From Candidatus Iainarchaeum sp. (GTDB lineage: Archaea > Iainarchaeota > Iainarchaeia > Iainarchaeales > DTGL01): DNA of 64,000 nt. The DNA lies in contig JAOAJX010000006.1 in the NCBI GenBank assembly GCA_026413945.1, forward strand, positions 1 to 64,000. The letters are read 5' to 3'. Positions 58,001-64,000 of the stretch are shown in pieces. Below the pieces are notes generated by a model. It did no database searches. It worked only from the letters and a program-made list of their open reading frames with translations, and was not told where the DNA came from. Within the stretch, counting starts at the first letter, position 1. The number at the start of each line of letters is the position of its first letter. The translations under genes and the position numbers were made by a program.

Positions 58001-61000
58001 TACAAACCTTTACAGGCTCTTTAGGCCTTGCAGAAATAAAGCTTCCTTCGCTCATGCCAGATGAAAAATTAGTGCTTACTGCAGAAAAGCCAGATTATGA
58101 AGAAGCAAGGAAAGAAATACGCACTGATGGAAATGTTATTAATCTTGAGCCAGCAGAGATAGGCCTACAGCTTAATGTTTTCACAAAAAGGGAAGACAGC
58201 GTAGTTGTGAGAATCTTAAACAAAACAGCAATGACGCTCAAGCTTAGGGCAATTAAGCTTTCGGGAGAATTCTATGGAATAATTGACGAGCGGAAAGTTA
58301 GGGATTGGCTAGTTGGTGAATATGTAGGCAAGGAGATAGGGCCCAAAGGTAAGTTAGATATCGCACTAAAGGTTTCGCTAAGCGATTATGGAAAAACTAT
58401 TAATGAAGTCAAGAACCTTGAGGGTCTGGTAACAGCAAGCGTCTCCACTTCCTCTGCCTATGGTCACGAGTGGCATGCTGATAGCAAAGTCAAAATCTCT
58501 GTTGGAATAGGCGGTGAAGTTGATGATCCTTCATGCCTTATTGCCAGCATAAAAGAATGGAAAGCAAAAACAAAAAGCAACGAGGTAAGCACTGATTTTT
58601 CTGTTAAAAACAACTGCACTCTCGAAGGAAAGCCTATAGCACTCAAAAACTTAAGTGCAAAAATTGAGCTTAAAGGCAACCGGCTTGGAAGCTATTATGT
58701 GAAAATTGGCGACGTTGGCATAGAACTAAGCAACGCATACCCTAAAATATTGAAAGGAACTTTAAACCCAGAAGAAACTTTACCTGCCCTATTATCATTT
58801 GCTCCAGACGGTGGCATTGTCGGAACTGCAAAGGCAACTATTATAATAACTGCAGAACATTACACTAATAAAGGAAAGCAGACTTTGAGCACAAGCATAG
58901 AGACTGAAATAGAGATGATAAGCTTAGAGAATTGTATAAGATATGATAAAAGTCTCATAAGGATAGTTGATCATAACAGTGCAACTTTGAAAATAGAAAC
59001 TAAAGGTTGCAAGGTGCCAATTGACTTTATGCTTGATACTAAAATTGCGGTTTCTGAAAAAGAGTTTAACATGAAGGCTGATGATAATAAAGAATTAATA
59101 GTAATGCCTTCTCAGGAAGACATACCTGGACAGTATCCAATATATGTGATGGTAAAAAGTGCTAACGACAGCGAATATTCTTTCAACAAGCTTATAAGGG
59201 TAATTATAGAGCCCAAAGGCTGCTTAAAATTGAACCGCTATGAGTTTGACATATACGACGATGCAAATAACCCATATGATGGCTTTGATACTGCTCTTTT
59301 AATGAATGAATGCTATAAAAGGACTGAAAAGATAAGTATAAGCTATGATGAGCGTGACTGGTGGGAAGCAATAAAAACCGGCGCAGTATGGGGCCTTGTA
59401 GGTTTTGTCTATGGTGGCGTAAGGTCACTTGCAGCAGGCAAAACTTTCTTTGGCACAGAAAGGCCTTCTAATGTTTGCAGCAAAGCAGGCTATAAATACT
59501 GTGGAACTAAAAATCTATGCAAAGATGAACGTGTAGTAGTAGTTAATAATGTAACATGCTGTGCATCCGAGTGCATAACAGAAGAAACAGGTCTTCATAA
59601 AGACATTTGCAGCAAAAAAGGGTATAATTACTGTGGCGCAGGCAATTGTGATTTAACACAAGGTAAAGAGACGGTAGTAGATGGGGTTGTATGCTGCACA
59701 GGTAAATGTAAAACAGGAACTATTGAGAAACCTGAAAATATTTGCAAGTCGGCAGGCAAATATTTCTGCAAGACTGACGAAATATGCCCAGATGCAGCAT
59801 ACGTTGTTGTTGGTGATGTAACATGCTGTGGAAAACCATGTGCAAAAGGTCAGATTGCTAAGCCACCGATAACTCAGCCAACAACAGCAACTGTAAAACC
59901 ACCTTCAGGACAAAAAACAGACGAAGAACTATGTAAGGAATATTATCCAAATTCGCGCAAAATTACTTCTCAGGAAGAGTGTCACCCAAATTGTACATTT
60001 AGCAGACAAACTGCGGAAAGGTTAGTGAAATGTTGCAAGAATGACTGCACCGGCACAGAAAAGCCACCAACTGATGGTACAACAGAGGGGGGAAAGCCAC
60101 CCTCTGAAACAGGCGCACCTATTGAAGGACCAACCATACCAGATTGCTACAACACTGAGCTTGAATGTGCTGCAAAGGCATGGAAAAAGACAACTTTGCT
60201 TACTGGTGGTTGTGACTGCTATGCAGCAATAAATTGCATATATGACGAGTTTGGAAAGTGTTATAGGTTTGGGTATTGTAATAACAGCAAATGCACAACT
60301 CAAGGCACGACAGGCCCAAGTGAGCCCGTGGAAGGAGAATGTAAAATAGAGGGTTATTTCTGTAAAGGAACGGTAATGTATTGGAGAGATAGTTGCGGAA
60401 ATGAAGGCATACAGATGGACTGTGCAGAATCTGGTGCCATATGTGAAGCTGGAAATTGTGTATTACAGGAAGGTTGCAAACTTGAAGGTTACTTCTGTCA
60501 AGGAACTGTTTTACATTGGAAAGATAGCTGTGGTAATACGGGTGTTGAGAGAGACTGTGCAGATGCTGGAGGAATATGTCAGAATGGGAATTGTGTTGCT
60601 GCTGAAAGTGGTTGCCAGCGCATTGGTTACTTCTGTCAAGGAACTGTTTTACATTGGAAAGATAGCTGTGGTAATACGGGTGTTGAGAGAGACTGTGCAG
60701 ATGCTGGAGGAATATGTCAGAATGGTAATTGTGTTGCTGCTGAAGGCAGCAGCAGTGGTACCACTCAACCGCCTTCAGGCGATGTTTGTATTGGTTGCCA
60801 TGAAACATTGTCCAAATGCCAAAAAGCTAATGGTGCAGGCATCGCTAGGATATGTGATTGTGAGCTTGCTGTTACATGTGAATATGTGCCATCTTGTTCT
60901 GTAGCAACGCCGTGCTACAGATTCAAGAGCTGTAACAACAGTTTTTGCTCTTTAGGTAGTAGTGGAAGAAAAATGAATGAGGAAGGTATGATAAGAAAGG

Positions 61001-63510
61001 TTGTCGCTGCCAATTCTTCACCAGGCTTTGCAATTGGCTTATTTAGCTTGGAAAGCATCACAAACATCTTTAAAGGAAATATAGACATTTTGGGAAGTTT
61101 GCTGAAGATTGATGATCCATGGACTGGGGCATTGATTGGCTTTATAGCTGGCACACTATACACTTACTGGCAGCAGAGCCAAAATGTTGGCGTGCTCCAG
61201 ATTCCTGTTGCTGTAAGAGACCTAAACATATTGGAATTAAAGCTTCTAATACAAAAAGGTCTTGAAGAAGAGATTGAAAACAAGATCATCGTGGAAAAGG
61301 GCAAAGCCAAGATTGAAAACCCACCAGAAAAGCCATTGGGCATTGAGAAGATTGAAATTGTGTTCAAAAACAATGGCATAAAGCAAGAAGATATATACAA
61401 GCCAATATACCGCATACTAAAAGTGAATGGAAGCAAAATGGAATATCAGACTGACTACAATACAAAGAAAAAGAAAGATGCTGAGGCAATGAAGAAAATG
61501 GAGCCATCAGTGATTGGCAGCGAAGAGTATATACAGAAATTCCATCTGCAGTTCAATTCGTACAAGGCAAAACCAACCAAACCGGAAGTGAGACCTGAAG
61601 TAAGCTGCAAAGTTGGTGGTCTCATTGGCTCAACAGGGAAAGAAGCATTGCCAAAGATTAAGCTTTCATGGAACTGGAATGATATTGCAATTAATGAATG
61701 TGATGAAAGCGGAATCGGCAATTACTGCGATGCAACACAATTTAGCATAGAATTACTTAAGAAGTTAAAAAGAATTGACGAACTGCTCAGAGGCCAGAAA
61801 TTAAAGTGCCCTTCGGCTGAAGGCATACTTAGTGAAAAAACACAGGAATTGGATAATCTTAAGTTGGACGTCGCAGTTACAAAAATAAGAGTTGAAAAAA
61901 GTGGATTTAATGCAACAGTTATTGGAACCATAGCAAGCAATAACAAGCAAGAGATGACAGTAAATGCATTTTTGTCTGTTTCCAAAGGTGGAAATACAAT
62001 AAACTGCCCAGAAGGTGAAAAAGCAGTAAAGGTTATTGACAAAACCGAAGTAACATGCGTCTTTAACAACCTAGAAGAAGGCCTTTATGATGCTATGGTC
62101 AGGATAAGCCCTCAGCTAACAACATGTAGTGGGTCATGCAAAAACGAAAATTTAGGCAATGACACTATAAGCACAAAGTTCGCTGTTGGCACAACAGCAG
62201 GGATATTTGAAAAATGTGAGCCATACAGTACTGAACGCCTCCCAGATTTTATAGCAGCAAACCCAAACAATGCAAGTCTTAAAGAAGCATTATCACTTAC
62301 AAACTTCAACGCATACCTTATGCAAGATGGTTACACCTTGGACTTCAGAAAGGATTTCCATGAGTTCTCAGAAACTAAAGATTTCTTCAGCACCCCTTCT
62401 TGGTACAAAGGAGACATCGGCATAGGCAAGTATTTCTCAAGTGCAGCGCTCTTTGAATTTAAATCTCCATTCCTGAGACCTGAGTCAGGCTACCTACCAG
62501 CAGGCAAGTACAATGTTAGGATAAAAATTGATTATAATAATGGATCTTGGTGCTTGTTTGAAGGCACAATTCCAAATGCAAGAATAGAAGTAATTTTTGA
62601 GCGTTTAGATACGCCCGATCCAGATTCTGTGTTTTATTATATGCCATTTAACGGTCTTGTTGGTGTTGATAGCCAAAACGGGCGGCAGGGCTATGGAATA
62701 AACTTCAGGCAAAAATCAGAGGAAACCATAAAAATAAATGAAGATGTGAAACAGCCAATAAGAACTACCACAATTGCAAACTCAATACCAATACCAAATG
62801 GCTGGGTTGAAGCCCGCGTTGTTAAGGATTTCAAAACATTGCATGGTGATACGCCTGGTGTTGTGCTCGAAATTGAAAAAAGCACAGCTGGCTTGAATAT
62901 GGTATATAGCCCAAGTGTAGCCACACCGCTTTTGCTAAAAGTTAGTGGTGGTGAGAGAAAGAACGCTTATGCATTTTACCAGCTAACAATAAACAACAGA
63001 CCACAGGAAGCCTCAAGTAGCTTGTTCTCATGGAGTGGCCTTGTAAAAGGCTGTAAGGACTTCACTGATGCTGAAGTTACAGAAGCATTTAACTACAGGC
63101 GTGATATACGCGGAGGTGTTGGCAAAACTCAATGTGCAGGCAGCTTTTCAACACATCAGTATGGCGTAGAGTGGTGCAACATTAAGAGGCAAGGAGATGT
63201 ATTCCTGAAAACAATTCTATTCACACCACAAGAGAGTGTAGCTTTGCTCGAAATTGTAAGCTCTTCCGACAAAGCAGTGTTCATAAGCCCAAAAGGCACT
63301 GGCAATCGCATAGAAACCGGTGGCATCGAAGGTGCAACAATTACATCTGTAGAGAAAATACTTAAGCTTGTGGAAGAGAAGAAAGTGTGTGTTGCCGGCC
63401 TTGGAAGCAATAGCAGGGCAACATTCTTCTGGAATCAGCAACAGCTTATAGATGCTGCATTTAAAAACACGATAGAAAGCATACCTTCACAATGCATAAA
63501 AAGTAGCTGA
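55030..63510 (+). CDS. Giant (2826 aa) membrane-anchored surface protein with Cys-rich repeat insert, paralog G3
   Basis: N-terminal helices + TM; carboxypeptidase-regulatory-like repeats; RDPEDMALGN..LYAKTY; YCDATQ; YYMPFNGLVG; C-terminal VCV..FFWN; Cys-rich insert of about 500 aa. Confidence 0.8.
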   Translation: MGIMSSLREFYYHLEDRYYEVIDKISTKIPINKLTDAIDKVFPSFILFIILLFVLLAALVLFLIPSVVIPKDVALNVFVQYQDRFGAKRPLEGAKIEIIVGEKVHRITTSENGKIQPIILKPKSEVILRVSKDGFKPNPAEKSITMEDENAQVSFLLTEIIKTQSISFKIIDENTKSPIVKRVSLSFECSNKKANPPKAAEKYTDYSGSIQIDDVEIDCLPLLVTVNAQEYETAENVSVRDGTTIALRKVVELKPVEQKGRLIVNVTFRGELPEENIIVDLEKDTGAAPIFMESGVTSSGQVVFEVLPGKYRVRTKATANYSVAESQFINVGANENRSISLEIQKIIIGSIKIQVFDKDNSKPLANARVTLIKDNTQFACADTNAEGRADFHLSKDENFLLVVDHPDYCVYRLRDVRKSDSILRIGLVKYTQDCGGSISVKVIDFEKRAISGAKVAAFDENGSSLGLKELITDINGIAVFKGFYLGRYKFFAYKGFGSSWSDIIEFSPRLGTEHEAVIVLSIPKATLKLKVTNDGGEGLPFSDVIVKDAYTDKVIKGPLKIENIGGDIDINIDAGFSFYLYINNPDYAPYISERIVLKPEEQRQMHVKLEPKRISGEIAIEFLGLFKDGQNAVVLAAGKEYMAKFKVSVPESAQYDKFGVHLRVGKYNIMEKDFLFIKEIYAGGNPKIIRGISYSPEQGMGHDFSLLSTESAKWVNLEWTRLSGGTIYVYAKVKVKESASSEELKVMWRAWGLRKGLMVRDPEDMALGNAMSDAELYAKTYERIYNVGEEKLCTDKWCTVFKALDIEENVATYIDGSYTAKVGKPYKLYFSIANSSKFETDTFTNVKLKIFNTEKNITFGNYIVYGETVVKGSANANETPYIEVGNIKPNNEIHGEIEFSPKSGKFGSINLRLHDPTKHAHIFEETIAVSIIAARNFTIDFKVGESFQSEAPLLPSGVENTIIARIRDKQSGLEVSDAIVKVKDSTGNTIIQTFTGSLGLAEIKLPSLMPDEKLVLTAEKPDYEEARKEIRTDGNVINLEPAEIGLQLNVFTKREDSVVVRILNKTAMTLKLRAIKLSGEFYGIIDERKVRDWLVGEYVGKEIGPKGKLDIALKVSLSDYGKTINEVKNLEGLVTASVSTSSAYGHEWHADSKVKISVGIGGEVDDPSCLIASIKEWKAKTKSNEVSTDFSVKNNCTLEGKPIALKNLSAKIELKGNRLGSYYVKIGDVGIELSNAYPKILKGTLNPEETLPALLSFAPDGGIVGTAKATIIITAEHYTNKGKQTLSTSIETEIEMISLENCIRYDKSLIRIVDHNSATLKIETKGCKVPIDFMLDTKIAVSEKEFNMKADDNKELIVMPSQEDIPGQYPIYVMVKSANDSEYSFNKLIRVIIEPKGCLKLNRYEFDIYDDANNPYDGFDTALLMNECYKRTEKISISYDERDWWEAIKTGAVWGLVGFVYGGVRSLAAGKTFFGTERPSNVCSKAGYKYCGTKNLCKDERVVVVNNVTCCASECITEETGLHKDICSKKGYNYCGAGNCDLTQGKETVVDGVVCCTGKCKTGTIEKPENICKSAGKYFCKTDEICPDAAYVVVGDVTCCGKPCAKGQIAKPPITQPTTATVKPPSGQKTDEELCKEYYPNSRKITSQEECHPNCTFSRQTAERLVKCCKNDCTGTEKPPTDGTTEGGKPPSETGAPIEGPTIPDCYNTELECAAKAWKKTTLLTGGCDCYAAINCIYDEFGKCYRFGYCNNSKCTTQGTTGPSEPVEGECKIEGYFCKGTVMYWRDSCGNEGIQMDCAESGAICEAGNCVLQEGCKLEGYFCQGTVLHWKDSCGNTGVERDCADAGGICQNGNCVAAESGCQRIGYFCQGTVLHWKDSCGNTGVERDCADAGGICQNGNCVAAEGSSSGTTQPPSGDVCIGCHETLSKCQKANGAGIARICDCELAVTCEYVPSCSVATPCYRFKSCNNSFCSLGSSGRKMNEEGMIRKVVAANSSPGFAIGLFSLESITNIFKGNIDILGSLLKIDDPWTGALIGFIAGTLYTYWQQSQNVGVLQIPVAVRDLNILELKLLIQKGLEEEIENKIIVEKGKAKIENPPEKPLGIEKIEIVFKNNGIKQEDIYKPIYRILKVNGSKMEYQTDYNTKKKKDAEAMKKMEPSVIGSEEYIQKFHLQFNSYKAKPTKPEVRPEVSCKVGGLIGSTGKEALPKIKLSWNWNDIAINECDESGIGNYCDATQFSIELLKKLKRIDELLRGQKLKCPSAEGILSEKTQELDNLKLDVAVTKIRVEKSGFNATVIGTIASNNKQEMTVNAFLSVSKGGNTINCPEGEKAVKVIDKTEVTCVFNNLEEGLYDAMVRISPQLTTCSGSCKNENLGNDTISTKFAVGTTAGIFEKCEPYSTERLPDFIAANPNNASLKEALSLTNFNAYLMQDGYTLDFRKDFHEFSETKDFFSTPSWYKGDIGIGKYFSSAALFEFKSPFLRPESGYLPAGKYNVRIKIDYNNGSWCLFEGTIPNARIEVIFERLDTPDPDSVFYYMPFNGLVGVDSQNGRQGYGINFRQKSEETIKINEDVKQPIRTTTIANSIPIPNGWVEARVVKDFKTLHGDTPGVVLEIEKSTAGLNMVYSPSVATPLLLKVSGGERKNAYAFYQLTINNRPQEASSSLFSWSGLVKGCKDFTDAEVTEAFNYRRDIRGGVGKTQCAGSFSTHQYGVEWCNIKRQGDVFLKTILFTPQESVALLEIVSSSDKAVFISPKGTGNRIETGGIEGATITSVEKILKLVEEKKVCVAGLGSNSRATFFWNQQQLIDAAFKNTIESIPSQCIKSS
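59473..59842 (+). repeat. Three tandem Cys-rich protein repeats (about 44 aa) in G3
   Basis: (V/I)C(S/K)..G..(Y/F)C....C......V..V.CC...C three times; diverged at DNA level. Confidence 0.75.
60352..60744 (+). repeat. Three tandem 135-138-bp coding repeats in G3
   Basis: GYFC.GTV..W.DSCGN.G...DCA..G.IC..GNCV x3; copies 60487-60606 and 60625-60744 differ at one base. Confidence 0.9.
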
Positions 63511-63533
63511 CGCAATTACTAACAGGGATAGTT

Positions 63534-64000
63534 GTGGAAATCGAAGAAATTGAAGATGAGGAAAATATAATCTATAGGATAAAGGAACGTTACATCGCTT
63601 TTTGTGAAAAAAACAAAATACCAAAAGCACTTCCTATTTTAGTTGCAATAATTCTTATTTTAGCATTAGCTTATATTCTTTTTTTTAGTGCAAATCCGCA
63701 GCCGAAGCCAAAAGAATTTAGCTTAATAGTATATTTTAGAGATGAAAAAGGTGCTCCGGTAAGCGGACTTGATGTTAATGTAACAATAAATGGTGAAAAG
63801 ACACGCAGAAAAACAGACAGCAAAGGAAAAATTTCTATTACCGTGGATGAAAACAGCAATGTAAAGATTTCGTTGAGAGAAACTCTTTACCTTGATGGTG
63901 AATGGACTTTCAAAATAAGCGAGGATACTGAAAGAACAATAACATTAAAGCTAAGGGAAAAGCCACTTGAGAAGATTATAGTTCGCTTTGAAACAAGCAA
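63534..64000 (+). CDS. Probable fourth giant-protein paralog, 5' part only
   Basis: Manual translation from GTG 63534: MEIEEIEDEENIIYRIKERYIAFCEKNKIPKALPILVAIILILALAYILFF..FRDEKGAPVSGLDV..KTDSKGKISI, open to the window end; same E.x.IP + TM + carboxypeptidase-regulatory-like start as G1 and G2. Confidence 0.78.
   Translation, partial: MEIEEIEDEENIIYRIKERYIAFCEKNKIPKALPILVAIILILALAYILFFSANPQPKPKEFSLIVYFRDEKGAPVSGLDVNVTINGEKTRRKTDSKGKISITVDENSNVKISLRETLYLDGEWTFKISEDTERTITLKLREKPLEKIIVRFETS

Noticed and set aside
60352-60744. Repeats as a possible CRISPR array or DGR template/variable repeat pair
   Set aside because: Units are long, in-frame and coding, with no unique spacers, no adenine-specific mismatch pattern, and no cas or reverse transcriptase gene in the window.
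60200-60904. Alternative-frame ORFs with repeats (60200..60808 minus, 60401..60904 plus)
   Set aside because: By-products of the in-frame 138-bp repeat within G3.
1-64000. tRNA/rRNA genes, transposases, integrases
   Set aside because: None recognised; intergenic spaces are short and AT-rich and no mobile-element motifs were seen (no covariance search was run).

Overview
AT-rich archaeal window with BRE/TATA promoters, GGTG/GAGGTG ribosome-binding sites, a PAC2 chaperone and an archaeosortase. It most likely comes from a DPANN archaeon (Diapherotrites/Iainarchaeota- or Micrarchaeota-like; this is inference). Apart from two pentose-phosphate genes (transketolase C-terminal subunit, rpe) and a PAC2 gene, almost everything is cell-envelope. 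Bases 1-16.9 kb hold a run of secreted or membrane-anchored Ig-like surface proteins, several as paralog pairs. Bases 16.9-64 kb form one large type IV pilus/Tad-like locus. It has two different ATPase + TadB/C modules, and one ATPase carries an N-terminal 16-Cys four-cluster [4Fe-4S] ferredoxin domain. It also has about eight class III signal-peptide (pilin-like) proteins, including a 55-aa gene missed by the ORF track, plus an exosortase/archaeosortase and a 1525-aa anchored protein. The locus ends in at least three, probably four, paralogous giant (2.4-2.8 kaa) membrane-anchored proteins with a shared core and different add-ons: hydrophobic Gly-rich helices and a degenerate SLT-like domain in one, a Cys-rich repeat cassette in another. 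My working hypothesis is a host-contact/attachment machine of a symbiotic archaeon. No RNA genes, CRISPR arrays or mobile elements were recognised. All domain calls come from reading motifs by eye; no searches were run.
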